From NCBI GenBank assembly GCA_963743525.1, contig CAVUQH010000003.1, forward strand, positions 640,001 to 704,000: a DNA stretch of 64,000 bases, written 5' to 3'. The stretch's first letter is position 1, and the number at the start of each line of letters is the position of its first letter. The notes under the pieces are model-generated. The model did no database searches, was not told where the DNA came from, and saw only the letters and a list, made by a program, of their open reading frames with translations. The position numbers and the translations under genes are program-made. Of this stretch, positions 33,114 through 48,126 are shown in pieces. Origin of the DNA: an uncultured delta proteobacterium. GTDB lineage: Bacteria > Myxococcota_A > Polyangia > Haliangiales > Haliangiaceae.

Positions 33114-33779
33114 ATGGGACGTATCCGGGTACTACTGGCTGACGATCACGCGATCTTGCGCTCGGGGGTGCGACTGCACCTGGCGAGCGAGCCCGACATC
33201 GACGTGGTCGCCGAGGCCGAAGACGGCGCACTGGCGGTAAAGCGCACGGCCGAGACCTTGCCAGACGTAGCGGTCCTGGACATCACCATGCCCGGCACCA
33301 GCGGCATCGAGGTGATCGACCGCGTGCGCCAGGTCAGCCCCAAGACCCGGGTCTTGATCCTGACCATGCACGACGACCCGGCCTATCTGCGCGCCGCGCT
33401 GGCGGCGGGCGCCGCCGGATACATGGTCAAGACCGGCGCCGACACCGAGCTGATGGCGGCGATTCGCGCGGTGCATCGCGGCCAGTCGTACGTGTCGGTG
33501 TCGCTGTCGGACTCGTCCCTCGACAAGGTGTTGGCCGAGCGCCAGCAGGGCGGGGAGGGCAACGTGGGCATCCTCAGCGAGCGCGAGCGCCAGGTGCTGA
33601 CCATGGTCGCCTACGGCCACACGTACAAGGAGATCGCCGACGAGCTCAACGTCAGCGTCAAGACCGTCGAGACCTACCGCACCCGCCTGGGCGAGAAGCT
33701 GGGGCTGCGCAGCCGAGTCGACCTGGTTCGCTACGCGCTGGAGAACGAGCTGCTGGTTCGCGAAGGAGTCGCCGAATGA
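33114..33779 (+). CDS. NarL/LuxR-family response regulator
   Basis: LADDH, LDITMP, LSERERQVL...SVKTVETYR. Confidence 0.95.
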   Translation: MGRIRVLLADDHAILRSGVRLHLASEPDIDVVAEAEDGALAVKRTAETLPDVAVLDITMPGTSGIEVIDRVRQVSPKTRVLILTMHDDPAYLRAALAAGAAGYMVKTGADTELMAAIRAVHRGQSYVSVSLSDSSLDKVLAERQQGGEGNVGILSERERQVLTMVAYGHTYKEIADELNVSVKTVETYRTRLGEKLGLRSRVDLVRYALENELLVREGVAE

Positions 33780-34865
33780 GTGACGGCGCGCCCATGGTTC
33801 TGGCCATCGACGACTCGGCGATGGTGTTGGACCTGGTCGAGTCGCTGCTCGGCGAGGCGGGCTTCCGCGTCGGCCGCGCGGCCAGCGGCGCCGACGGCGT
33901 GCGCCTGGCCCGCGACCTGGAGCCGGACGTGATCCTGCTCGACGTGCAGATGCCCGACGCCGACGGCTGGGAGGTCTGCCGCACGCTCAAGGGCGACCCG
34001 GCGACGGCGCCGATCCCGGTGTTGTTCATGACCGGCGAGCGAACCGGGCCGGAAGACGTGGTTCGCGGTCTGGAGCTCGGCGCCGTCGACTACATCACCA
34101 AGCCGTTCCACGCCCGGGTGCTGGTGCAGCGCGTGACCACTGCGCTGCACGGCTACCAGGTGCAGCGGGAGCTGCGCCGGCTGGCCGACGCCCGCGCCGA
34201 AGCGCTGGCGGCGCTGGCCAACGCCCAGCTCCACGGCAGCGAGGCACAGCGGCGGATGGGCGGCGCCCGCGCCGCGGCTCGGGCTACGGTCGATATCGTC
34301 AGCGCGCTGTCGGAGGCTCGCGCCCGGCTCGAGCTGGCGCGCGCGCGTGCCGCCGCACCGGGCGTGACCGAGCTGATCGACGAGGCGCTGGCCGACGTCG
34401 CCGCGGCCACCCGGCTGCTCGACCGGCTGCGCGAGGTCGGCGAGGACCGCGAGGCGACCAGCTCGGTCACGGACATCGCCCGCGCGGTGCTGGTGCCGAT
34501 GGCCGACACTCTGCGCAAGCGCGGCGTCGAGGTGGCGATGGACCTGGACGACACCCCGCCGGTGCGCGACGCCGCGCGCCTGGCGCCGGTGGTCAGTGAG
34601 CTGGTGGCCAACGCCGCTCGCGCCATCGACGGCGCTGGCCGGGTCGAGGTGTTCGACTCGGGCGGAGGGCGGATGGATCCTGCTCGAGGTCACCGACGAC
34701 GGTCCCGGGCTGGGACCGGAGGCGGCTTCGCGGGAGGTGACTCCCGAGGCCCTTGGCCTGCCGATGTGCCGGGCGATCGTCGAGAGTCTCGGCGGCGCGA
34801 TGGCGATCGCGACGGGTGGCGACCGCGGGACTCGGGTCCGCGTTCGGGTGCCCGCGCGGCGCTGA
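33776..34865 (+). CDS. REC - degenerate HisKA - HATPase protein (apparent +1 frameshift near 34652)
   Basis: Intact REC (IDD, LDVQMP, KPF), ELVANA N-box; DDGPG and LGLPMC...GG in the shifted frame. No His at the expected H-box. Confidence 0.75.
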
Positions 34866-34888
34866 GCGCAGGGGCTGAGCGCGGGTAG

Positions 34889-35359
<471 letters not shown>

Positions 35360-35468
35360 TGATCAGGGGAGGGGGAGTCGGCGACTCTCCCCCCCATGCG
35401 TCCGGAAACGATCACCTGATCGGGGTTGTAAGGGGTTGAAATGGCAGTAATTCGAACGTTCGGTGAGG

Positions 35469-35485
35469 TCGGTACAGGTATTGCG
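35469..35485 (+). promoter_or_regulatory. Candidate sigma54 promoter
   Basis: CGGTACaggtaTTGCG with GG-N10-GC spacing, just upstream of ATG 35498. Confidence 0.5.
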
Positions 35486-35497
35486 ATGTAGGTGGGC

Positions 35498-36760
35498 ATG
35501 CGTGCCCGCCTCGACTCCTTCCTCTCCCTCCTCCCCGCTCTGGTAGTCGCCGGCTGCATGGTCGGCGACTACCCTCCCGTCCCCCGCGCCGGCGATACCG
35601 ATCCGGCCGCCTGCGAGGCTCCGATGCCGCCGCAGGATCCTTCTATCTTCGAGGCCTGCTGTCAGGACTACGGCGGTGGTGCGCACTGCGTGCCCGACGG
35701 TCTGGTCCCCGGTGATGTCCGCGGTCTGCTGGCCAGCTGTGATGGCGGCGGGCTGTGCGTTCCCGACCCGTTCATCGAGAGCGGCGGTGCGGTGGCGCCG
35801 CGGGAGTGCAACTCGATCAATGGCGCCGGCCGGTGCATGTCGGTCTGCGTGCCGCAGGTGCAGCAGTACCTGGACATCCTGACCCAGGACGTCTGCGATG
35901 ACGGCGAGCGCTGCGCGCCGTGCGTCAACCCGCTGACCAACGAGTTGACCGGCGCCTGCGAGGTGGCGACCTGTGGCGACGACGGCAGCAAGGATCCGAT
36001 CACCTGTCCGTACCAGGGGCCGGCGCTGATCGACCCATCGGCTTATCCGTCGTGCCCGGCGTGCACGGCGGGCGGCGCCCACTGTCTGCCGACGGCGCTG
36101 GTGCCGGGCGAGTTCGCCAACCGGCTGGCCTCGTGCGACGCCTCGTCGCTGTGTGTGCCCGACGACTTCATCGCTTCGATGGGCAAGTCGGTGGCGCAGA
36201 GCTGCGCGTCGGTCGGCGGCGCCGAGGGCCGCTGCCTGTCACCGTGTCTGCCCGAGGTCGCGGATCAGGCGGATCGCCTGCCGCAGTCCAGCTGCAACGC
36301 CAGTCAGGTGTGCGTGCCGTGCACGGATCCGCTGACCGGTCAGGAGACTGGCGCATGCGGGCTGACGTGTGATGCCGGCCCGACCCAGCCGCCGATGCTG
36401 TTTCCCGACTGCTGCAGCAATCGCGGCAAGTGCGTGCCCACGTCGCTGGCCGGTGCCGACGCCAGCAAGCTGGGCCAGGATGTCTGCCCTGACGGACAGG
36501 ACTACGTCTGCGCCCCGACGGTGATGATCGAGGGCGACTACGTCGCGCAGTCGTGCTCGGCCACCGGCGTGTCGCTGATCTTCGGCAGCAAATACAAGCC
36601 GGGCGCGTGCATGCCCGACTGCCTGCCCGACGTGCAGAACCCGCTGCTGGGCAAGAACGGCTGCGACGACGGCTACAAGTGTGCGCCCTGCTACGACCCG
36701 CTCACGGGCAACCCCAGCGGCGCGTGTGACTACCTGCCCCCGGCCCAGCGGCCGTACTAG
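35498..36760 (+). CDS. Cys-rich lipoprotein with three internal repeats
   Basis: Lipobox VAGC; three copies of G[RA]CxxxCxPxV...C.....C[AV]PCx[ND]PLT...GAC. Confidence 0.85.
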   Translation: MRARLDSFLSLLPALVVAGCMVGDYPPVPRAGDTDPAACEAPMPPQDPSIFEACCQDYGGGAHCVPDGLVPGDVRGLLASCDGGGLCVPDPFIESGGAVAPRECNSINGAGRCMSVCVPQVQQYLDILTQDVCDDGERCAPCVNPLTNELTGACEVATCGDDGSKDPITCPYQGPALIDPSAYPSCPACTAGGAHCLPTALVPGEFANRLASCDASSLCVPDDFIASMGKSVAQSCASVGGAEGRCLSPCLPEVADQADRLPQSSCNASQVCVPCTDPLTGQETGACGLTCDAGPTQPPMLFPDCCSNRGKCVPTSLAGADASKLGQDVCPDGQDYVCAPTVMIEGDYVAQSCSATGVSLIFGSKYKPGACMPDCLPDVQNPLLGKNGCDDGYKCAPCYDPLTGNPSGACDYLPPAQRPY

Positions 36761-38281
36761 GTGATGACGATGGCGAGCAAAGGTTTCCCGACGATGGTCG
36801 TCGGTTTCGCTGCGCTGGCCCTGGCCGCCGGTCCGTCGTGGGCCGGCGGTCAGTACGCTGGCGACAACGGCTCGCTGGCCGCTCAGCGGGCCGGCGCGTT
36901 CACCGCCCGCGCGGACGATCCGACCGCTCTCTACTACAACCCGGCGGCGCTGTTCCGCGTCGGCAGTCACCGCCAGGTGTTCCTCGGCGTCAACCTGGTG
37001 TCGTTCGACCAGTCGTTCCAGCGCGACGGCAGCTACCGTCACGACAGCAACGGCGACGACCCCGCCTACGCCGGCGATCCGTACCCGACGGTGCACAACG
37101 ACGGCCCGGTGCAGCCGGTGCCGTTCGTCGCCGCCGCCTTTACCACCGGCAAGCTGGCGCTGGCCCTCGGCGTCTTCGCCCCTCACGGCTACGGCATGCG
37201 CAACTATCCGGACACCGTGCGCACCGTCTCCGGTGCCCAGGCGCCGGCGCCCCAGCGCTACGACATCGTCAACCAGCAGGGCGTGATCGCGCTGCCGTCG
37301 GTCGGCGTCGCCTATCCAATCCAGGACGGCGTCACCATCGGCGCCCGCGCCAGCTACGGCTTTGCCCACCTTTCGACCCGCCGTTTCGCCCAGGGGCTGC
37401 CCAACCGCGCCGAGCTGTCCGACCGCGACACCGACGCGACCATCGACGTGTCGGACAACAAGATCATCACCTGGGGCGCCGGCCTCCACGTCCACACCTC
37501 GCCCGACTGGGAGCTGGGCGCCAGCTACAGTGCGCCGATCGAGATCCACGCCCGCGGCACCGCCGACGTCGAGCTCGGCGATCTGTTGCGCAACATCATG
37601 CCCGGGCAAGAGACGCAGATCGTCCCGGTCCCCGACTCCATGGCCCAGTGCGCGCCCGGCGGCGCGGTCGGCGCGATCAAGACCTGCCTCGACATGGCGC
37701 TGCCGCAGACCGCCCAGGCCGGCATTCGCTGGATCAATCGCGACGACCGCGGCCGCGAGCTGGGCGACCTCGAGATCGACGTCCGCTGGGAGAACTGGTC
37801 CGCCGTCGACAGGATCGTCGCGGTCATGGACGGCGAGAACAGCACCGTCGCCCAGCCGGTCAACCCGTCCGACGTACGCCACGGGTTCGAAGACGTCTAC
37901 TCGGCGCGCCTCGGCGGCAGCCGGGTCTTCGGCGACCAGCGCCAGTACATGGCCAGCTTTGGCCTCGGCTACGAGACCGCCGCCGCGCCGACCAGCTGGA
38001 CCCGCCTCGACGTCGACACCGCGCCCCGCTTCTCCGCCTCCGCCGGCCTCAGCGTCGACGTCGGCAGCTTCCGCCTCGACGCCGGCGCCGCCATCGTCGA
38101 CCCCGCCGACCGCCACGTCTACGACACGCCCGTTGACCAATCCAGCGCCACCGCCCGCGTCCAACCCGACGTCCCGGTCCCCCTCCAGCCCGCCGACGCG
38201 CAGCCCTACCACCCGTTCAACGCCGGCTCCTACGCCACCCGTTACCTCATCGCCACCTTCGGCCTAACCGCCACCTGGTAG
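36761..38281 (+). CDS. FadL/OmpP1-family outer-membrane transporter
   Basis: Signal peptide, RAGAFTARADDPTALYYNPAAL hatch motif, beta-barrel strands, terminal W. Confidence 0.85.
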   Translation: MMTMASKGFPTMVVGFAALALAAGPSWAGGQYAGDNGSLAAQRAGAFTARADDPTALYYNPAALFRVGSHRQVFLGVNLVSFDQSFQRDGSYRHDSNGDDPAYAGDPYPTVHNDGPVQPVPFVAAAFTTGKLALALGVFAPHGYGMRNYPDTVRTVSGAQAPAPQRYDIVNQQGVIALPSVGVAYPIQDGVTIGARASYGFAHLSTRRFAQGLPNRAELSDRDTDATIDVSDNKIITWGAGLHVHTSPDWELGASYSAPIEIHARGTADVELGDLLRNIMPGQETQIVPVPDSMAQCAPGGAVGAIKTCLDMALPQTAQAGIRWINRDDRGRELGDLEIDVRWENWSAVDRIVAVMDGENSTVAQPVNPSDVRHGFEDVYSARLGGSRVFGDQRQYMASFGLGYETAAAPTSWTRLDVDTAPRFSASAGLSVDVGSFRLDAGAAIVDPADRHVYDTPVDQSSATARVQPDVPVPLQPADAQPYHPFNAGSYATRYLIATFGLTATW

Positions 38282-38406
38282 GGGACGCTCGTTAGTTTTT
38301 CACTTTTTTCCCCCGCAATTCCCGCTGCCTAACCGACCCCCTGTCGCACCCCGGCCGCCGGGGCAGGGCTCGCCGCTCGCCGGTCGACGGTCTATAGTCC
38401 GAGGCA

Positions 38407-39504
38407 GTGGTCTCGCAGGAAAAGCTCGAGCTGCAGCTCGTCGCGCCGACGGTCAAGCCGCACCTGTCGGTCGCGCGCATGACCGACTACTGGTACGTGG
38501 CCTGCCGCTCGCGCGACCTGCGGGTCAAGAAACCGCTGCGGGTGGTCATCCTCGGCATCCCGATGGTGCTGTTCCGCACCGAGTCGGGCGAGGTCGGCGC
38601 GCTGCTCGACCGCTGCCCGCACCGCAACGTGCCGCTGTCGCAAGGCCACGTGGTCGGCGAGAGCCTGCAGTGCTCGTATCACGGCTGGGAGTTCGCCACC
38701 GGCGGCGACTGCACCCGCATCCCCGGCCTGTGCGGCGCCTTCGACGGCAGCGACCGCGGCGCCGTCGCCTACCCGGCGCGCGACCAGCAGGGCTTCATCT
38801 GGGTCTACGCCAACGCCGAGCGCGATCCCGACAGCGAGCCGTTCCAGCTGCCGCTGCTCGACGACCGCCGCTACACCCACGCCCGCCGCCGCGCCGAGGC
38901 CGACGGCACGCTGCACGCGACCATCGAGAACGCCCTCGACGTGCCGCACACCTCGTATCTGCACAAGGGGTTGTTCCGCGGCACCGGCACTCGCAACGAC
39001 ATCACCGCCGTCGTCCGCCGGTGGAACGACCGCTGCGAGGCCGAGTACGTGGGCGAGCCGCGGCCCAAGGGGTTGGCCGCGCGCCTCCTGGCGCCCAAGG
39101 GCGGCGAGGTCGTCCACTTCGATCGCTTCTTCTTGCCCGGCATCGCCCAGGTCGACTATGCCCTCGGCGACACCACCCACTTCGTCGTCACCTCGCTGTG
39201 CACGCCGGTGACCGACTTCCACACCAAGCTGTACGCGGTGGTCAGCTTTCGCCTGCGCTTCATCCCCGGCTGGCTGGTCAAGCTGTTCATGGAGCCGATC
39301 GGTCGCAAGATCTTCGCCCAGGATGCGCACATGCTGGCGCTGCAGTCGGCGACCATCCAGGAGTTCGGCGGCGAGCAGTTCGTGTCGACCGAGATCGACA
39401 TCCTCGGCGGACACATCTGGCGCCTGATGAAGGCGGCCGAGCGCGGCGACGCGACGCCCAACGACGATGCGCCGGTCGAGAAGCGCGTCAAGATGAACGT
39501 ATAG
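38407..39504 (+). CDS. Rieske non-heme iron oxygenase (VanA/PaO-like)
   Basis: CPHR...CSYHGW Rieske motif; ENALDVPHTSYLH and QD mononuclear iron ligands. Confidence 0.92.
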   Translation: MVSQEKLELQLVAPTVKPHLSVARMTDYWYVACRSRDLRVKKPLRVVILGIPMVLFRTESGEVGALLDRCPHRNVPLSQGHVVGESLQCSYHGWEFATGGDCTRIPGLCGAFDGSDRGAVAYPARDQQGFIWVYANAERDPDSEPFQLPLLDDRRYTHARRRAEADGTLHATIENALDVPHTSYLHKGLFRGTGTRNDITAVVRRWNDRCEAEYVGEPRPKGLAARLLAPKGGEVVHFDRFFLPGIAQVDYALGDTTHFVVTSLCTPVTDFHTKLYAVVSFRLRFIPGWLVKLFMEPIGRKIFAQDAHMLALQSATIQEFGGEQFVSTEIDILGGHIWRLMKAAERGDATPNDDAPVEKRVKMNV

Positions 39505-39509
39505 GCCGG

Positions 39510-41588
<2,079 letters not shown>

Positions 41589-41629
41589 CCTGGTGATGAC
41601 TCGGCCGTGCGACCCGGTGCTTTAGCTGG

Positions 41630-43759
<2,130 letters not shown>

Positions 43760-43780
43760 CGGGCCGAGTATACTTCTTCG

Positions 43781-44224
43781 ATGGCCACGCCGAACGCCGA
43801 GCTGGTGACCGCTTTGCGCAACACCGCTGCACGCCTGCGCACGGACGTTTCCTACCAGTGGGGGCACATGGGCATGTGCAACTGCGGGCACCTGGCGCAG
43901 ACGATCACCCACCTCGGCAGGGCCGAGATCCACCGTTCGGCGATGGAGCGAGAGGGCGACTGGGAGCAGCAGGCGATCGACTACTGCCCGACCAGCGGCT
44001 ATCGCATCGACGACATCATCGAGGCGCTGATGGAGCTGGGCATGACCCGCCAGGACATCGGCGACCTGGAGAAGCTGCGCGCCGCCGAGGTGCTGGCGCG
44101 CTTGCCCGCCGAGCGCCGCCACCTGGCGCGCAACCGCCGCGACGACGTCATCCTGTACATGGAGACGTGGGCCGACCTGCTCGACCAGCAGGTCGCGCGG
44201 CAGCGCGCGCCCGAGGCGGCGTAG
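43781..44224 (+). CDS. Hypothetical protein with Cys/His motifs
   Basis: ATG 43781; YQWGHMGMCNCGHLAQ and YCPTSG. Confidence 0.75.
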   Translation: MATPNAELVTALRNTAARLRTDVSYQWGHMGMCNCGHLAQTITHLGRAEIHRSAMEREGDWEQQAIDYCPTSGYRIDDIIEALMELGMTRQDIGDLEKLRAAEVLARLPAERRHLARNRRDDVILYMETWADLLDQQVARQRAPEAA

Positions 44225-44233
44225 TCGCGCCGG

Positions 44234-44884
44234 CTACGCCTTCGCGATCGTGATGTTGAAGTCGGCGTTGCCGATGGCGCCCCACAGCCGCAGCCACAAC
44301 AGCAGGTAGGCCTCGGTGCCGCGGGCGGTGGAGATGTCGCCGAGATCCAGCACCTGCTTCCAGCCGAACCCCTCGGTGAGCAGCGACGTCACGCGGCTCT
44401 TGGCGCCGGCGTCGTTGCCCGACACGAACACCACGTGGTCGCCGGGGACCTTGCCCGGGTTGACCATCAGCTGACAGTTGATGGTGTTGAGCGTCTTGAC
44501 CACGTGCGTGTCGGGGTAGGCGCGCTGGATCTGCTCGCCCAGGGAGTCGTCGCCGCTGACGAACAGCGACGGTGGCATGCCCTTGGAGAAGTCGAGCGGG
44601 TTGGCCACGTCAACCAGGATCTTGCCGCGCAGGTTGTCGGCCCCGGCAGCGGCCAGCGCCTCCAGCGAACCGGCGCCGGCGGTGCAGTTGAACACCAGCT
44701 CGCCGAAAGCGGCGGCGTCGGCGTAGGTGCCGTTCGACGCGCGCTCGCCCGCGGCGCCGGACCACTCGCTGGCCTTGGGGTTGTCGGCCGTGCGCGAGCC
44801 CATCGTCACCTCGTGTCCCAGCGCGACCAGCTTGCCCGCGATCGCCTGGCCCACCATTCCCGTTCCCAAGACTCCAATCTTCAT
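44234..44884 (-). CDS. NADP oxidoreductase, F420-dependent family (dinucleotide-binding)
   Basis: [37 protein letters not shown]. Confidence 0.88.
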   Translation of the reverse strand: MKIGVLGTGMVGQAIAGKLVALGHEVTMGSRTADNPKASEWSGAAGERASNGTYADAAAFGELVFNCTAGAGSLEALAAAGADNLRGKILVDVANPLDFSKGMPPSLFVSGDDSLGEQIQRAYPDTHVVKTLNTINCQLMVNPGKVPGDHVVFVSGNDAGAKSRVTSLLTEGFGWKQVLDLGDISTARGTEAYLLLWLRLWGAIGNADFNITIAKA

Positions 44885-44994
44885 CGCTCCGTTCCTTTCG
44901 TTGGGGGTCGCTGTCGAAAGCACTCTATTGCCAAACCTGGCGCGCGTCATCGCCTCTTTCGTTGCATTACTGTTAACTAGAAGTTGATAATCAG

Positions 44995-45870
44995 GTGGTG
45001 ACCGATCTGTTTGCCGGGGTTCTTCCCTTTGCGTGCGTCGCCGAGGACAAGAGCTTCCGCCGCGCCGCCGAGCGGCTGGGCGTTACCGCCGCCGCCGTCA
45101 GCAAGGCCGTCAGCCGGCTCGAAGAGGAGCTCGGCGTGCGCCTGCTCAACCGCACCACTCGGCGCGTGACTCTCAGCCGCGAAGGCGAGCTCTACCTCGC
45201 GCGCTGCCGCGAGGCGATCGCCCAGGTGCGCGCCGGCCGCGATCTGGTGGCGATGGCCGGGACGGTTGCGCGCGGGCCGCTCGAGGTGTCCCTGTCTCCG
45301 GCCCTCGGTCCCTATCTGGTAACGCGTCTGCCGGCGTTTCTCGCCCGCTATCCCGGCATCGAGGTCAACCTCCATCTCACCGATCGACTCACCCGTCTGG
45401 TCGACGAGCGGATCGACGTCGCCATCCGCATCGGCGATCTGCCCGACTCGACCCTGGTGTCGCGCCTGCTCTTGCGCCCGCGCTGGGCGACCGTCGCGTC
45501 GCCGGCCTACCTGGCGCAGCGAGGCGTCCCCGCCAGCCCCGACGATCTCGACAGCCACAGCTGCCTGGCCTTTCGCTCGCCGCGCGGTCGCGTCGTGCCG
45601 TGGACCTTCATCGATCGTCCGCCCTATCAGCCGACCGGCAACCTGATCGTCAACACCGGCAGCCTGTTGGTCAACGCCGCCATCGCCGGCGCCGGCCTGT
45701 GCCAGACGTTGGACGCGCTGGTCGAGGACGCCGTCCGCGAGGGCAGGCTCGTCGAGGTCCTGGGCGACTGCGCCGCCGCGGGGCCGCCCATCCACGCCCT
45801 CTGCCTCCCCGGACAACAGCGAACTCCCCGAATTCGCTCGTTTCTTGACCATCTTGCGGGCATTGGTTGA
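44995..45870 (+). CDS. LysR-family transcriptional regulator (CrgA-like)
   Basis: [10 protein letters not shown]...[23 protein letters not shown]; divergent from the oxidoreductase with an AT-rich TTAAC-N5-GTTGA box at 44973-44987. Confidence 0.93.
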   Translation: MVTDLFAGVLPFACVAEDKSFRRAAERLGVTAAAVSKAVSRLEEELGVRLLNRTTRRVTLSREGELYLARCREAIAQVRAGRDLVAMAGTVARGPLEVSLSPALGPYLVTRLPAFLARYPGIEVNLHLTDRLTRLVDERIDVAIRIGDLPDSTLVSRLLLRPRWATVASPAYLAQRGVPASPDDLDSHSCLAFRSPRGRVVPWTFIDRPPYQPTGNLIVNTGSLLVNAAIAGAGLCQTLDALVEDAVREGRLVEVLGDCAAAGPPIHALCLPGQQRTPRIRSFLDHLAGIG

Positions 45871-45893
45871 CGCTGTAAATTTTATGGCGTAAA
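45867..45893. promoter_or_regulatory. Two tandem imperfect palindromes, probable TetR operators
   Basis: TTGACgctGTAAA and TTTATggcGTAAA just upstream of the TetR ATG. Confidence 0.5.
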
Positions 45894-45903
45894 TCATTGG
45901 TGA

Positions 45904-46479
45904 ATGGCCAGGGCGGCGCTCACCAGTGAGGAGATCGAGGCGTTTCGCCAGCGCGCGGTCGCGGCGGCGACGCACCTGTTCGCCGAGCAGGGCTTCGAAG
46001 GGGTGAGCATGCGCGCGGTGGCGGCGGCGCTGGGCTGCAGCGCGATGACGCCGTACCGCTACTTCCGCAACAAGGAGGCGCTGTTCGCCGCGGTGCGCAC
46101 CGCGGGCTACGGACGCTTCAGCGATCGGCAGGAGGCCGCCGCGGTCGCCGACGATCCGCGCGAGCGATTGCGCGCGCTGGGGCAGGCGTACGTGCAGTTC
46201 GCCATCGACGAGCCCGAGGCGTACCGCATCATGTTCCACTTTCACCAGGGATCGACCGAGCCGTACCCGGAGCTCGAGGCGGCGCAGCGGCGCGCGTTCT
46301 CGTTCCTCCGCGACACCGCCGAGCGCGGCGTGGCGGCGGGCATCTGGTCGGGCGATCCACTGACCGTGGCGCACCTGTTCTGGGCTCGCGTGCACGGACT
46401 GGTGTCACTCCACCTGGCGGGCAAGCTGATGATGGGCCGCTCGCTGGATCAGTTGATGCAAATGGTGAGGCAACCATGA
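45904..46479 (+). CDS. TetR-family regulator (WHG-type C-terminus)
   Basis: SMRAVAAALGCSAMTPYRYFRNKEAL; WARVHG. Confidence 0.93.
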   Translation: MARAALTSEEIEAFRQRAVAAATHLFAEQGFEGVSMRAVAAALGCSAMTPYRYFRNKEALFAAVRTAGYGRFSDRQEAAAVADDPRERLRALGQAYVQFAIDEPEAYRIMFHFHQGSTEPYPELEAAQRRAFSFLRDTAERGVAAGIWSGDPLTVAHLFWARVHGLVSLHLAGKLMMGRSLDQLMQMVRQP

Positions 46480-48107
46480 AGATCGGCAGCTCGTACAAAC
46501 AACACGGCATCGACGGCGCGTTCGACGCCATCGTCATCGGCTCCGGGATCGGCGGGCTGGCCAGCGCGGCGCTGCTCGCCCGCCACGGCGGCAAGCGCGT
46601 GCTGGTGCTCGAACGCCACTACACCGCCGGCGGCTTCACCCATGTCTTCCACCGTCCCGGCTACGACTGGGACGTCGGCGTCCACTACATCGGCCAGACC
46701 CAGCCCAAGGCGCTGCTTCGCCGCGTGTTCGACCATCTCACCGACGGCGCCCTCGAGTGGGCCGACATGGGCGAGGTCTACGACACCATCATCATCGGCG
46801 ACGATGTCTACGAGCTGCCCGCCGGGCGTCGCAACTTCCGCAAGCGCATGCTCGACTACTTCCCCGGCGAGGCGGCGGCCATCGACGACTACCTGGGGCG
46901 TATTCGCGCGGCCACCCGGTCGAGCCACCTGTACTACGCCGAGAAGGTGCTGCCCAAGCCGCTCGACACCGTGCTCGGTCCGGCGCTGCGCTTCCGCGCC
47001 ATGCGCCACGCCCGCCGCACCACCGCCGAGGTCATGGCCGAGGTCACCGACAACAAGCGGCTGGCCGCGGTGCTCACCGGTCAGTACGGCGACTACGGCC
47101 TGCCGCCGTCGCAGTCGAGCTTCCTCATGCACGCGCTGGTGGTCAATCACTACCTCGGCGGCGGCGCCTATCCCGTGGGCGGCTCGGCGCGCATCGCCGA
47201 AACCATGCTGCCACTGATCGAGGAGAACGGCGGCCGGGTGCTGGTCAACGCCGAGGTCAACGAGATCATCGTCGACCGCGGCCGCGCGGTCGGTGTGCGC
47301 ATGGCCGACGGCGTCTGTGTGCGCGCGCCCATGGTCATCAGCGACGCCGGCGTGGCCAACACCTACCGCCGGCTGCTGCCGGCCGAGGTCGCGCGCCGTC
47401 GCGGCCTGGATCGTCTGGTCGGCCGCATCGAGCCGTCGCTGGCGCACGCGTCGCTCTACCTCGGCCTCGACCGCACCGCGGCGGACCTGGGCCTGCACAC
47501 CTCCAACCTGTGGATCTATCCGCACGACGATCACGACCGCGCCCTGGCCGAGTTCATGGCCGACCCCGAGGCACCGCTGCCGGTCGCCTACGTGTCGTTT
47601 CCGTCGGCCAAGGATCCGGACTTCGAGCGCCGCCACCCGGGCCATGGAACCATCGAGGTGATCACGCCGGCGCCCTACGATCTGTTCCGCCGCTGGGAGG
47701 CTACCCGGTGGAAGAAGCGCGGCGCCGACTACGACGCGTTCAAGCAGCGCCTGGCCGACCGGATGCTCGAGGCGCTCTACTCGCGGGTGCCGCAGGTCCG
47801 CGGGGCCATCGCTCATCAGGAGCTGTCAACCCCGCTGTCGACGCGCAACTTCACCGCCCATCCGCGGGGCGAGATCTACGGACTGACGCACACGCCGGCC
47901 CGCTTCGAGCAGCGCTGGCTGCGCCCGCGCACGCCGATTCGCGGCCTCTATCTGACCGGCGCGGACGTCTGCTCGGCCGGCGTCGGCGGCGCGTTGTTCG
48001 GCGGCGTGCTCACCGCGTCGGCAGCGCTGCGCAAGAACCTGGTCACCGCCATCGCCCGCGGACCGGCGCGATCGCAGGCGCCGCACTCGGCGCCCGCGCC
48101 GGCCTGA
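46476..48107 (+). CDS. FAD-dependent oxidoreductase, phytoene desaturase / retinol saturase-like
   Basis: IGSGIGG, LERHYTAGG, DVGVHYIG, YPVGGS, STPLS, GLYLTG. Confidence 0.88.
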   Translation: MKIGSSYKQHGIDGAFDAIVIGSGIGGLASAALLARHGGKRVLVLERHYTAGGFTHVFHRPGYDWDVGVHYIGQTQPKALLRRVFDHLTDGALEWADMGEVYDTIIIGDDVYELPAGRRNFRKRMLDYFPGEAAAIDDYLGRIRAATRSSHLYYAEKVLPKPLDTVLGPALRFRAMRHARRTTAEVMAEVTDNKRLAAVLTGQYGDYGLPPSQSSFLMHALVVNHYLGGGAYPVGGSARIAETMLPLIEENGGRVLVNAEVNEIIVDRGRAVGVRMADGVCVRAPMVISDAGVANTYRRLLPAEVARRRGLDRLVGRIEPSLAHASLYLGLDRTAADLGLHTSNLWIYPHDDHDRALAEFMADPEAPLPVAYVSFPSAKDPDFERRHPGHGTIEVITPAPYDLFRRWEATRWKKRGADYDAFKQRLADRMLEALYSRVPQVRGAIAHQELSTPLSTRNFTAHPRGEIYGLTHTPARFEQRWLRPRTPIRGLYLTGADVCSAGVGGALFGGVLTASAALRKNLVTAIARGPARSQAPHSAPAPA

Positions 48108-48126
48108 TCGACTGTATGCTCGGGCG

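Noticed and set aside
38281..38341. Second REP-like element (GGGGAC...GTTAG / CTAAC...CCCC) after the FadL-like gene
   Set aside because: The inverted match is short and interrupted, and similarity to the 24.6-kb element is limited to GGGGAC.
46476..48107. Carotenoid biosynthesis cluster
   Set aside because: No phytoene synthase or other crt genes nearby; the TetR/amidohydrolase context suggests a catabolic or lipid-modifying role.
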